Below the pieces are notes generated by a model. The model saw nothing but the letters and a program-made list of their open reading frames with translations. It did not search any database and was not told the DNA's origin. 64,000 nt of DNA, taken from positions 100,863,731-100,927,730 of the forward strand of contig NC_092378.1 in NCBI RefSeq assembly GCF_030028105.1. Direction: 5' to 3'. The DNA is from Mobula birostris (taxonomy: Eukaryota). The position numbers were made by a program, and so were the translations under genes. The first letter of the stretch is position 1, and every line of letters starts with the position of its first letter. Below are positions 50,335-63,137 of this stretch, piece after piece.

Positions 50335-52950
50335 TGCTGAATGTTCTGGGGTTTAGATGTTTCAAAAGGGACACCAAGGGAGGTAAAAGAGGTGGGGGTG
50401 GGGAGTTGTATTGCTAATCAAGGACAGTATCACATAAGACCATAAGACAACATATAAGACAAGACCATAAGACAAAGGAGCAGAAGTCAGCCATTCGGCC
50501 CATCGAGTCTGCTCCACCATTTTATCATGAGCTGATCCATTCTCCCATTTAGTCCCACTCCCCCGCATTCTCACCATAACCTTTGATGCCCAGGCTACTC
50601 AGATACCTATCAATCTCTGCCTTAAATACACCCAATGACTTGGCCTCCACTGCCGCCCATGGCAACAAATTCCATAGATTCACCACCCTCTGGCTAAAAA
50701 AATATAACCATAAGATTACAGCTATAAAAAGGGAGAATGTTGTGGAGGGATTGTCTATTGAGTCAGTGAGGGTGGACGTCAGAAACAGGAAGGGAACAAT
50801 CACTCTACCGAGAGTATTCTGTAGACCAACCTCCCACCACACCCCAAACTGCAACAGCGACACTGAGGAGCAGATCATGGGGCAGATTATGGAAAGGTAC
50901 AGAAAATAGGGTTGATGTCATGGGGGACTTCAATTTCCCCAATATTGAATGGCATCTCCTTCGTGCAAAAGGTTTAGATGGGGGCAGAATTGGTTAGGAA
51001 CAATAGTTGACAAGAGATGTGGAACATCTAGTCAAGAGGAGGAAAGAAGCTTACTATAAGGTTGAGGAAGCAAGGATCCGACAGGGTTCCTGAGAGTTGT
51101 AAGATAGCCAGGAAGGAGCTGAAGAATGGACAGGAGAGCTAGAGGAGGCATGTGAAGGCCTTGGCAAGTAGGATTGAGTAAAACCTCAAGGCGTTCTACA
51201 TGATCGTAACAAACAGGAGGAGTAGACTGATCATGTAGAGTAGAGTAAACATGCCTGGAGTTGGAGGAGGTAGTGAAGATCCTTAAGTGAATACTTTGCT
51301 TCAGTATTGACCAGTGATAGGGACTATGACCACTCCAAGTACAGCGTAAAACAGGCTGATGAAGCTAGAACCTGCCAATGTTAAGAAAGATGTGCTGGAA
51401 CTTTTGGAAACTTCAGGTTATATAAGTCCCTGGGTCTAGAAGGGTATATTCAAACTTACTACGGGAAGCAAGGAAAGAGATTGCTGCACCTTTGGTGATG
51501 ATCTTTGCATCCTCACTGTCCACAGCAGTAGTACCAGATGTACCAGGGTGGAAAATATGATTCCTTTGTTCAAGAAAGACAGTAGGGTTATCCCTGGGAA
51601 TTATAAACCAGTGAGTCTTACTTCAGTGGTGGGCAAATTATTGGAGAAGATTTTTACAGACTGGATATACGAACATTTGAAGAAGCATAGTCAGATTAGG
51701 AATAGTCAGCATGGCTTTGTGAGGGACATGTCATGCCTCATGAGCCCGAGTGAATTCTTTGAGGATGTGACAAAGAACATTGAGGAAGGTAAAGCAGTGA
51801 ATGTGAAGTATATGGACTTTAGAAAGGTGTTTGATAAGTTCCCCATGGTGGGCTCATTGAGAAAGTCAGGAGCCACGGATCCAGGGAAACTTGGCTGTAT
51901 GGATATGGAATTGACCTGCCCACAGAAGGCAGAGGGTGGTAGTAGATAGAGAGTATGCTATCTGGATGTTGATGACCATTGGTGTTTCAAAAAGATCTGT
52001 TCTGGGACCCCTGCTTTCTGTGATTTTTATAAATGAATTGGATGAGGAAGTGGTAGGGTTAGTAAGTTTGCTGATGACATGAAGGATGGAGGAGTCGTGG
52101 ATGGTGTGAGAGTCAATGTAGATTGCAACAGGACATTAACAAGATGCAAAGCTGGGTTGTAAACAGGCAGATGGAATTCAACCCAGCAATGAGTGAAGTG
52201 ATTCATTTTAGAAGGTTGAATTTGAAGGCAGAGTACAGGGTTAATGGCAGGATTCCTGACAGTGTGGAGGAAGGGAAGGATCTTGATGTCCATGTCCATA
52301 AAACCTTCAGCGTTGCTGCACAAGATGAGAAGGCTGTTAAGAAGGTGCGTTGGTCATCATTAGTCAAGGGATTGAGGTCAAGGCAGTTAGGTAATGTTGC
52401 AGCTCTATAAAACTGTGGTTAGACCACATTTGCAAGACTGTACTCACTTCTGGTCACCTTATTATAGGAAGGATGTGGAAGCTTTAGACAGGGTGCAGGG
52501 AAGATATACCAGCATGCTTCTTGGACTCAAAGTCATGTCTTATGAAGGTGGGTTGAGCAAACTAAGGCTTTTCTCTTTGGGGTGAAGGAGGATGAGAGGT
52601 GACTTGATAGATGTATACAAGATGATCAAATGAATAGCCAGAGATTTTTTACCAAAGGTGGAAATGGCTAATATCAGGGGGCATAATTTTAAGGTGATTG
52701 ATGGAAAGTACAGAAGGGATGTCAGCGGTAAGTTCTTTACAAAGACAGTGGTGGGTGTGTGGAACGCCCTGCCGGGGGTGATGGTACAGGCAGATGCATT
52801 TGGCCATTTGAGAAACTCTTAGATAGGCACATGGATGACAGAAAAATGGAGGGCTATGTAAGAGGGAAGGTTGATCTTAGAGTAGGTCAAGAGGTTGGCA
52901 GAACATTGTGGACCAAAAGGCCTGTATTGTGCTGTAATTTCTATGTTCTA
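50335..52950 (+). mobile_element. CR1 LINE (APE to tail, decayed) with a nested inverted CR1 3' end at ~50433-50703
   Basis: GGGVVLLIKDSIT|AIKRENVVEGLSIESVRVDVRNRKG, GDFNFP, NYKPVSLTSVVGK, FADD, tail ttctatgttcta. The nested piece has a (cataagac)n tail. Confidence 0.88.
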
Positions 52951-54995
52951 ATCCATGACAGAATCTAGTCAGTTAAGTAATTCCACTGCATATCAGAGGG
53001 GTCATTGTCAATTTAAAATACCATCCAAAATTAGTCAGGGAGCCTTGTCAACTGTGATAGGTAACTGAATTACTGCCCTCTCCTTGAATTCCATACACCC
53101 TCTTAATCCGTGTTGGCATCTTGTCAAGTTCTTGCTCTCCCTACAGTCTGTATTAGAAGCCTCTCAATGGGCTTACTGTAATCCTACCCACCACTCAGTC
53201 ATTTCAAAACATCTTCTGCAATCTGTGATAGGATGCTGTCGATATAGCACACTCAATGACTGTAACCAGTCAATGTACCACATGCACTGCTCTCTGCAAT
53301 CTGTGATGGAACTGTGTCAATGGAGTACATTCAGTACAATCCATATGAATTCAGTATGGACCAAGAGATCTAGCTGTTGTACAATACCCCATTTGCAGTG
53401 GGTGAAGGAACTCTGCTACTTAATACACCTCTCTACAATTGATGATGGTACTATGTTAGTTTAAAATGCACACTGCTGTATGTCAGCAATCAGGGTGGTT
53501 CCCTGTCTGTGCACTTATTTAAATCCTGCTAAGATGATAACCTCTACAATCTCTGATGAAAATGTGCAAACTAATTGCACTTTCTCAATCCATGATGCAT
53601 TAAATCAATATATTCTCTACAGTCTGTATCGGAAACCTGTCAATTAACACATTCACAAAGTAGACCTTGTCAGCTGGATATCATTAATGGAACCTTCTCA
53701 GGTTAATACATTCTCTGCAGTCCAGTAAGTACATGGAGCGCAGTTTGTGATCAAATAACGTGGGGTTAAAACACTGTACTCCACAGCAGGCCTCTGTTAA
53801 TTCAATACTTCTCCCTCTTCATGCTGGTGCACTGTCTGGTGAGTGCAGTCTACATATTCCCTATTGGAAGTAGGTCAATTTATTAGGTGTGCTTTTATCT
53901 TTTCATCAATACATTGTCAAAAATGTGTGACAGAACATCAGCTTAATGTATTCTTTGCAATTGCAATTTGTCTTGGTAAATGTAATACAGTCTGAATAAT
54001 TAGTGATGAGATGCACTGCAGTTAATACAGTGTCAACGGCCTGCATTGGAAACTGGTGGATTCACTAACTATAATCTTCAACGTAATATGCAGTCCGCGA
54101 TGGCGTGATGGAACTCTGTCACGTTAACGTTCTGACAATAATTCAGATTGGAATCCACTACTACAAACTGAAATGCAGCTCTTCTTAATACACTAGCAAT
54201 AATTCCTTGTCATTTTAATACACTTCACATTCCATATTGAAAGCTTGTTAATTAACACAATCATTATAATCTGTGATGTGACCCTGCGAATTGAAGAAAC
54301 TCTACAAATAAAGAACAGCAGGACACGGGAAAAACTCAGTGGGTCAAGCAGCATCTGTGGATGCCTGACATTCTGAGTTCCTCCAGAGTTCTGGTTTTGT
54401 TCTAGGTTCCAGAAAATACAGCCTCTTTTGTTTCTGAGATGGGATAGTGACATTTTAATACATTCTGCACTTGCAGCAATGGGCTTCTGCCAATTAAGTA
54501 CACTTTCTACATTCATTGCTAGCACCCTGTCAGTGAAATGTCTCTCCATAATTCAATAGGGGTCCCCGTCTAGTTAACGTAGTCTTCATAATTCAGTTAG
54601 GAAAGTTGTAAATTTAATAATAGCATTATAATCAATGACAGGACTCTTGTTATTTTAATACACATCGTGCAAGTCCTAATTGTCCCTGTAAGACACTCTC
54701 TGCAATCCATTATGGGACTCTGTCCAGTGAATATATTTTCCAGAGTCCCAATAGTAAACTTTTTAATTCACTACAATGTGTGAGGGCTCTGTCAATTGGA
54801 TGCACTATTTACCATTCTAGATGAAATTATCCTGATGTAAAATTGACAGTCTGTGGTGGAAACTTATCGGTTTATTACTGGGACTACAATCTGTAAAGAC
54901 CTCCTATCAAATTACTGTACAGTCCACTGTCCATGATGGAATCCAATTGGATTAATTCACCCTCCATAATCCTTATAGAAACATATACAAGGATT

Positions 54996-55303
54996 GGGGT
55001 GGCACAACGGCATAGTGGCTGGCACAATGGTTTACAGTGCCAGTGACCGGTGTTCAATTCCTGCCATCGCCTGTAAGGAGTTTGTACGTTCTCCCTGTGA
55101 CAACGTGGGTTTCCTCCGGGTGCTCTGGTTTCCTCCCACAGTCCGAAGACAGACCGGTTGCTAGGTTAATTGGTCAATATAAATTATCTCGTGATTAGGT
55201 TAGGATTAAAAAAAAAAAAATCATCAGGTGATTGCTGGGTGGAATGGCTCGAAGGGCAGGAAGGGTCTATTCTGTGTTGTATCTGAATAATAAATAAATA
55301 AAT
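54996..55303 (+). mobile_element. Full-length HE1-type V-SINE
   Basis: A box (tggcacaacggcatagtgg), B box (gttcaattcc), V-domain, (taaa)n tail. Confidence 0.88.
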
Positions 55304-56709
55304 AGAACAATACTATTATATTAACTATAATGTATTATGAAACCCAATCAATGTATTACAATCACTACAAATCCTTGATGAAAATCTGCTAATTTACTAC
55401 CTTTCATACATCAAAAGCTTATTTTCAGGGTATTTATAGCTGGATATTTATGTGCATAATAATGAACTTGAACATTGCTAATAAAATGTGAGCAGCCCCT
55501 GTCAATTTATAGAGTTATGTATCATCCATGATATGCCCCTTTCAATTTAGCACACACTCTACTGCTAGTGATGGATCCCTGCCAAATGAATACACTTATA
55601 TCCACCCTGTCGATTGAATCTTTGACTCGACTGACCGGGTTTAAGACACTGTTTACAATCCCAGATGGAAACCTGTCAATTTAATATATTCTCCACAATC
55701 CATGGCAGATCCAATTTACTGCACCCTTGATGGAACACCATCAACGTGATGCATTGTCTACCATCCCTGATGGAATCCTGTTGGTTTAATACACATTGAA
55801 CAATGCATGAAGACTCCCTTTCAAATAAATGTGTTAATGCATGCCTACCAACACACTCTGCACTCTGTTTGTATTGGAGACTTGCTCTAATGGATAGTGG
55901 AAGTCTCTCAATTTAATAACCTGACCATATTTCATTACAGTACCCTGTCAATTCATCAGCATCTTTGATGGAATACTACCAATTTGCTATACTGTTTACA
56001 ATCTGTGGTTCAATGCATTCTAATCAGTCCTTGATGGAACACTGACAACTTGATACACTATCTCCAGTCAGTGATGGTAATCTACTGGTTTGATACACTC
56101 TGCAACTTTGATCTACCAATTGATACACCATCAGCAATCCCTGAATGCACTAACTACCATCCTGCATGGAAGTTTTTTGGTTTAGTACACTCTCTACAAT
56201 CCACAAGTCAATCCAACCCTGTGTAATCAAAGTACCATCTGTTATCCGGGATGGAGTAATATAGGTTCAAAACATTCTCTGCAAACGTGGATAGGTTTGT
56301 CCGATTATATACAGTTTCTGTTATCCTAGGTACCCTCTGAATTTAATATCTGTGATAGGACCTTGTCTAATGACTGCACTCTTTGCGTTCAGTTCTGTGA
56401 TAGGACTCTGTCGGCCCCTGCATCCTCTGACATTTTAATGAAGATCAAAAACGGTAGATGATGCAAATACAGCACTGTCTAAAATCCATGATAGAACACT
56501 GCCAAGTAACGTTCTTTGAAATCCATGAATGCATTCACAACATTTGATGGAACCCATTTGTTTACAATCGGTGTCAATATTAGTATACTACCCTGCCAAT
56601 TCTGTTTCCTCTCCATTACTCCTGATGGAATCCTTTTACCTTACAATGGTACATAGGACCTAACCAACTTTATGCCCTGTTCACAAATCATATTGGAATT
56701 TGCTATGAT

Positions 56710-57245
56710 CCTGCAGTTGTCTGTAAGGAGTTTGTACATTCTCCACATGACTCTGAGGGTTTACTCCAGGTACTTCAGTTTTCCACCCTTAGTCCAAAGA
56801 TACACCGGTCGGTAGGTTAATTGGGCATTGTAAATTGTCCCATGATTAGGCTAGGGTTGCCAAGTGGTTAAGGTGTCGGTCTAGTAATCTGAAGGTCACT
56901 AGTTCAAGCCTGAGCTGAGACAATGTGTTGTGTCCTTGAGCAAGGCACTTAACCACACATTGCTCTGTGACGACACCGGTGCCAAGTTGTATCGGCCCTA
57001 GTGCCCTTCCCTAGAACAACATTGGTGTCGTGGAGAGGGGAGACTTGCAGCATGGGCAACTGCTGGTCTTCCATACAACCTTGCCCAGGCCTGCACCCTG
57101 GAAACCTTCCAAGGCACAAGTCCATGGTCTCACGAGACTAACGGATGCCTAATGCCTAAGGCTAGGGTTAAATCGAGGGTTGCTGAGCAGAGTGGTTTGC
57201 AGGGCGGGGAGGGCTATTCCGTGCTGTATCGCAGTAAACAAGTAA
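56710..57245 (+). mobile_element. V-SINE interrupted by a nested tRNA-derived CORE-SINE (56859-57158)
   Basis: TSD aggctagggtt at 56848-56858 and 57159-57169. The insert has gccaagtggttaagg and agttcaagcc boxes and the CORE-like tgtgtccttgagcaaggcacttaacc. Confidence 0.8.
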
Positions 57246-58010
57246 ATTAATTAACGCCCTCATTACAATACTAACATGACCCTATCAATGTACTACTCTG
57301 TCTACCATCCATGGGGTAGAGAAATGCCAATTTAATGTACTGTCTTTAATCCTTGATGGGATCATGTCACTTTACCACACCCTCTACAATCAGCAATAGA
57401 ATGCTGCGAATGTATAACTCCCTTCTACCGGTGATGGAGACCCGTGGAAGAAAAGCTCCTTCTGTACACAACAATGCAACTCTATAAGTTCAATACACTT
57501 TCTACAGTCAGTTTTGCATATTCTATGCAGAATCTGATGGGTCACTTTTGGTTGTGGCACTTTGCGCACACACTGGTCAGCAGCTAAGAGGTTAATGCCC
57601 ACTCCACTCCACAGCCTGCGTTATAAACTTGTTAATTAATACAGTCAATTGTCAATGATGGGACAAAATTAAAAACACTCACTACAATTATTGTATGGTT
57701 CTTGTTAACAGGATGAACTAACAAGTGGTCCTCACGGAATGCTGTGATGAGACGCTGTCAATTAACTTCATTACAGTATTTGCAATCTATAATGAGCAGT
57801 TCATTACAATCTCTGCTGTGCCATTGCATTTCACACAACACACTCTTTACAGAGGGTGACTGAAGCCTGCCAATTTAATAGGCCTGAATTCTGTCAATTT
57901 TGCCCACTCACAGTTAATGGGTAAGTCCACACCATCAGTTGAATGTGCCTTTTCTAATCCGTAGACATGCTCTCTATAATTCGTCAAGTAAATCACCACA
58001 TTGGAAACCT

Positions 58011-58778
58011 CAAACAACAGGAATTCTGCAGATGCTGGAAATTCAAGCAACACACATCAAAGTTGCTGGTGAACGCAGCAGGCCAGGCAGCATCTGTAGG
58101 AAGAGGTGCAGTCGACGTTTCAGGCCGAGACCCTTCGTCAGGACTAACTGAAGGAAGAGTGAGTAAGGGATTTGAAAGTTGGAGGGGGAGGGGGAGATCC
58201 AAAATGATAGGAGAAGACAGGAGGGGGAGGGATAGAGCCAAGAGCTGGACAGGTGATTGGCAAAAGGGGATACGAGAGGATCATGGGACAGGAGGTCTGG
58301 GAAGAAAGACAAGGAGGGGCAGGGGGACCCAGAGGATGGGCAAGAGGTATATTCAGAGGGACAGAGGGAGAAAAAGGAGAGTGAGAGAAAGAATGTGTGC
58401 ATAAAAATAAGTAACAGATGGGGCACGAGGGAGAGGTGGGGCCTTAGCGGAAGTTAGAGAAGTCGATGTTCATGCCATCAGGTTGGAGACTACCCAGACG
58501 GAATATAAGGTGTTGTTCCTCCAACCTGAGTGTGGCTTCATCTTTACAGTAGAGGAGGCCGTGGATAGACATGTCAGAATGGGAATGGGATGTGGAATTA
58601 AAATGTGTGGCCACTGGGAGATCCTGCTTTCTCTGGTGGACAGAGCATAGATGTTCAGCAAAGTGGTCTCCCAGTCTGCGTCGGGTCTCGTCAATATATA
58701 AAAGGCCACATCAGGAGCACCGGACGCAGTATATCACCCCAGTCGACTCACAGGTGAAGTGTTGCCTCAGCTGGAATG
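58011..58778 (-). mobile_element. Penelope-like element (Neptune-type), 5'-truncated: GIY-YIG endonuclease, 3' UTR, hammerhead, tail
   Basis: 58770->58444 translates to LRQHFTCESTGVIYCVRCS*CGLLYIDETRRRLGDHFAEH...VATHFNS...EEQHLIFRLGSLQPDGMNIDFSNFR*. TSD cattggaaacct at 57999-58010 and 58779-58790. Confidence 0.93.
58109..58146 (-). ncRNA. Minimal type-I hammerhead ribozyme, intact consensus
   Basis: U-AGUC CUGACGA AGGGUCUCGGCCU GAAA CG UC^GACU-G: stem I AGUC/GACU, core CUGAnGA and GAAA, GUC triplet, palindromic ACGU in place of stem III. Confidence 0.8.
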
Positions 58779-59429
58779 CATTGGAAACCTGATCATTAAC
58801 ACATTCTCTGTTACCCATGGCGGGGCCCAGCCAATTGAATATAAGATTTTTGATGGGACCCTCACTTTCCCTTTTCCAGTTTAAAACATATTCTACATTC
58901 TGTGACAGTATGACACCAATTTAATGCTCTCTCTAAAATCCATGATGGGATACTGCCAAGTTAATACATTTCCAACGACCAAATTGTGATGGGGTCTTCT
59001 CAATGTAATGCCATATATATTATTCAAGATAAACCTTCTGGGTTTAATATTTCTCTACAATTTACCAATTTAATATTTGAAGAAGGAGCCTCAATTTGAC
59101 ACAGTCGACAGTCTGTAATGGAATACAGTCATCTCAAAGCACTGTCTACAATGGTGATACATAGGGAATCTTGGTCAGTTTAAAGGCTGTGTACGATTTG
59201 TAGTGGGTCACGGGCAATGTATTCATTTCCATTGCCCTTGATGGAACTCTGCTTTTAAAATATTCAGTATAATCTCTCGTGAAATTCACTCTAAATTTGT
59301 GATTGAACGTTGCCAATTTAGTCCACCATATGCACACAGTCGACTTAACACACACTCCATAATTCATGAAGGAACCCAGCCGAGTTAACATAAACTTAAC
59401 CTGCATTGGAAACTCATTAATTCCTCCCA

Positions 59430-60620
59430 ATCTTTTTGAGTTTTTTGAGGTTACCAAGAAGGTTGATAAAGGAAAGGCAGTGGATGGACTTTAACAAGGA
59501 CTTTGACCAAGTCCCACATGGGAGGCTGATCCCGAAGGTTAAATCACTTGACATTCATGATGAAGTAGTCAATTGGATTCAACACTGGCTTAGCAAGAGA
59601 AACCAGAGAGTGGTAGTAGATGGTCGTCTCTCTGACTGGAGGTCTATGACTAGCGGTGGCCACGAGGATCGGTGCTGCATCCATTGTTGTTTGTCATCTA
59701 TATTAATGACTTAGATGATGATGTGGTAAACCAGACCAGCAAGTTTGCAGATGATGTCAAGATTGGGAGCATAATGAACAGTGAGGAAGGCTAGTAAAGC
59801 TTGCTGGGAAAATTGGCTGGAAAATGGCAGACGGAATTTAATGCAGACAAGGGTACTTTGGGAAGACAAACTTGGGTAACACACAGTGAATGGTAAGGCA
59901 TTGAGGTGTATGGTAGAGCAAAAGGATTAATGGGTCAAGTAGTTCATTCATTATGTGCCATGTCATATGATGTGGGCGATCATGGTCTTTCCATGATCAT
60001 GATTATTCTTGGCACATCACAGGTAGATAGGATCACAAAGGCAGCTTTTGGCACGTTGGCCTTCATAAGTCAGGGCACTGAGTTACAGGGGTTGGGATGT
60101 TATGTTGAAGTTGTGTAAGACATAGATGAGGCCAAATTTGGAGTATTGTGTAGTTTGGAGTACCTACATGAAAGATATCAATAAGCATGAAAGAATGCAG
60201 AGAAAACTTACAAGAATGTTGCTGGAACTTGAGGACCGGAGTGATAGGGAAAAATTGAATAGATTTGGACTTTATTCATGGGATTCAATGAGGTGAGATC
60301 TTATAGAAGTATACAAAATTATGAGAGGTCGAGATAGATTGAATGCTTGCAGGCTTTCCCCCTCAGGTTGGCTGAGACCAGTAGAAGTCAAAGGTTTAGG
60401 CTGAAAGGTAAAATATTTAAGGGAAATCTGAGGGTGGTGTGAGCGTGGAACGAGCTGCCAGCAGAAGAGGTAGATGTCATTTCAATTGTAACATTTAAGA
60501 GATGCCTGGGTAGGTAAATGGATGAGAGAGGTATGGTGCAAGTATATGGAACTAGGCCAAAGACCAGACTGGCAAGGTCTATCTGAGGCAAAGAGCCTGT
60601 TTCTGTGCTGTAGTACTCCA
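59430..60620 (+). mobile_element. CR1 RT/3' fragment, decayed
   Basis: MDFNKDFDQVPHGRL, FADD, AAFGTLAFISQG. Confidence 0.85.
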
Positions 60621-61204
60621 TGCCTTTATAATCTGAAATGGAATCTTGCCAGTTTAATATGCTCACCAAATCTGTTAATGGGTTTTGTCAACTTGATATA
60701 CTTTCTACAATTGGTAACAAAACCCATCAGTTAAATAAATTCTCTGACTGTCAGCTTATATACACTCAAATATTTGTGATGGAATTGTACCAGATTAATG
60801 AGCTCTCTTTCATCACTGATGTAATTCTGACAGTTTGACACATTCTTCCTACTGTGTAAAAACTTAGATTAGTACACATTACAATCTCGTTAATCCCTAA
60901 TCAAATTTTGTCAATTTAACACACACCTTATATCTGTGATGGAATCCCACCAGTTCAATAAATACCCTATAATCTATAATAAATGCAGTGTCAGTTGTAT
61001 AAACACACCTAAATATGTTTATATAAATCATCTCAGTATAAACTCTTGATAATCTGATATGGCAAACTGATAATTTGATAGGTCTCTAGACATTTAGTGC
61101 AATCTCCATAATTCATTATGGAATCTTACCAGTTTAATAATATTATTCTTAGCTCACAAACACTTCATAAACATCAATGGATGCCTTTCAATTTAACACA
61201 CACT

Positions 61205-63137
61205 CTAAAATTAGTGGGAAGTTAGAGGATTGGGAAGCTTTTAAATACCAACAAAAGGCAAGTAAAAAAGTCATAAAGAAGGAAAAGATGGAATATGAAG
61301 GTAAGCTAGCCAATTTTAAAGAGGATACAAAAAGTTTCATCAGATATATAAAAGGTAAAAGAGAGGATAGAATAGATATCAGACCACTGGAAAATTATGC
61401 TGCAGAATTAGTAATGGGGAACAAGGAAATGGTGGATGAACTAAATAAGTATTTTGCATCATACTGCACTGTGGAAGATACACGCAGCGTGCCAGAAGTT
61501 CGAAAGTGTTAGAGGGCAGAAGTGTGTGAAATTGCCTTCTTGGGAGAAGGTGCTTGGGTAACTGAAAGGTTTGAAGTTAGATAAATCACATGGACTACAT
61601 TGTCTAAACCCCAGAGTTCTGAAGGAGGTTGAAGAGATTGTGAAGGCATTGGTAATGATCTCTCAAGAATTAATGGATTTGAGCATGGTTCTGGAGGACA
61701 GGAAAATTGCAAAAGTTACTGTTCTGTTCAAGAAGGAAGAGAAGCAGAAGAGAGGAAATTATAGCCCAGTTAGTCTGACCTCAGTGGTTGGGAAGACCTC
61801 AGTCGATTGTTAAGGATGTGGTTTCGGGGTACTTGAAGGCACCTGATAAAATAGGTTGTAGTCAGCTTAGTTTCCTTAAGGGAAAATCTTGCCTGACAAA
61901 TCTGTTGGAATTCTTTGAAGAAATAACAAGTACGATGGACAAAGGAGAATTGGTGGATGTTGTGGATTTTCAGGTGTCCTTTAACAAAGTGCCACACACG
62001 AGGCTGCTTAACAAATTAAGAGCCCATGATATTACAGGAAAGATACTAGCATGGATAGAGCATTGGTTGATTGACAGGTGGCAAATAGTGGGAGTAAAGG
62101 GAGCATTTTCTGGTTGGCTGCTGGTGACTCGTGGTGTCCCAAGAGGTCTGTGCTGGGACATATTCTTTTTATGTTAAATGTAATTGATCTGGATGACAGA
62201 AAAGATGGTTATGTGGCTAAGTTTGTTGATAATTCAAAGATAGGTGGAGTGGTAGGTAGTTTTGAGGGAGCAGGGAGGCTACAGAAAAACTTAGACAGAT
62301 GAGGAGAATGGGCAAAGAAGTGGCAGATGGAATACAGTGTCAGGAAGTGTATGGTCATGCACTTCGGTAGAAGAAATAAAAGCCTAGACTATTTTCTAAC
62401 TGGAGAGAAAGTACAAAAACCTGAGGTGCAAAGGGACTTGGAGGGGGGGTCCTCGTGCAGGATTTCCTAAAAGCGAATCTGCAGGTTGAGTCAGTGATGA
62501 GGAAGATAAATGCAATGTTAGGACTCATTTTAAGAGGAGGAGAGCATAAAAGCAAGGATGTAATGTTGAAACTTTACAAAGCACTGCTGAGGCCTCACTT
62601 GGAGTACTGTGAGCAGTTTTGGGTCCCTTATCTAAGAAAGAATGTACTGACATTGGAGACCGTTCAAAGCAGGTTCACAGAAATGAAAGGCTTATCATAT
62701 GAGGAACGCTTGATGGCTCTGGGCCTGTACTCACTGGAATTCAGAAGAATGAGGGGAGATCTAATTAAAACCTACCGAATGTTGAAAGGCCTCGATAGAG
62801 TGGATGTGGAGAAGGTGTTCTCTATGGTGGGGGAGTCTAAGGTCAGAGGGCACAGCCTCAGAACAGAGGGAAATCCACTTAGAATGAAAATGAGAAATTT
62901 CTTTAGCCGGAGAGTGGTGAATCTGTAAAATTTGTTGCTACCGGCAGCTGTAGAGGCCAGATCATCGGGTATATGTAAGGCAGAGGTTGATAGATTCTTG
63001 ATTAGTCAGGGCTTGAAGGGATACAGAGAGAAGGCAGGAGATTGGGGCTGAGAGGGAAACGGATCAGCCATGATGAAGTGGTAGAGCAGACTCGATGGGC
63101 CAAATGGCCTAATTCTGCTCCTATATCTTATGGTCTA
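61205..63137 (+). mobile_element. CR1 LINE, 5'-truncated, decayed
   Basis: KISGKLEDWEAFK, SCLTNLLEFFEE, LRPHLEYCEQFW; tail ctcctatatcttatggtct. Confidence 0.9.

Noticed and set aside
53084-54549. Cys/His-rich ORFs of 118-126 aa
   Set aside because: Chance read-through of the decayed 40-bp array and a PLE remnant.
54996-55070. tRNA gene
   Set aside because: A and B boxes belong to a V-SINE head; no complete cloverleaf. The same applies at 56859.
57540-57620. Possible decayed duplicate of SCNN1B exon 8 (minus strand gcaggctgtgga..gtgggcattaacct...aaccaaaag), or origin of the 40-mer from exon 8
   Set aside because: The match is short and gapped, has no splice sites, and fits the 40-bp array equally well; needs a shuffled-alignment test.
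57967-58457. Several 66-145-aa ORFs on both strands
   Set aside because: Low-complexity purine/pyrimidine 3' UTR of the PLE; the same pseudo-ORFs recur at 41365-41683.
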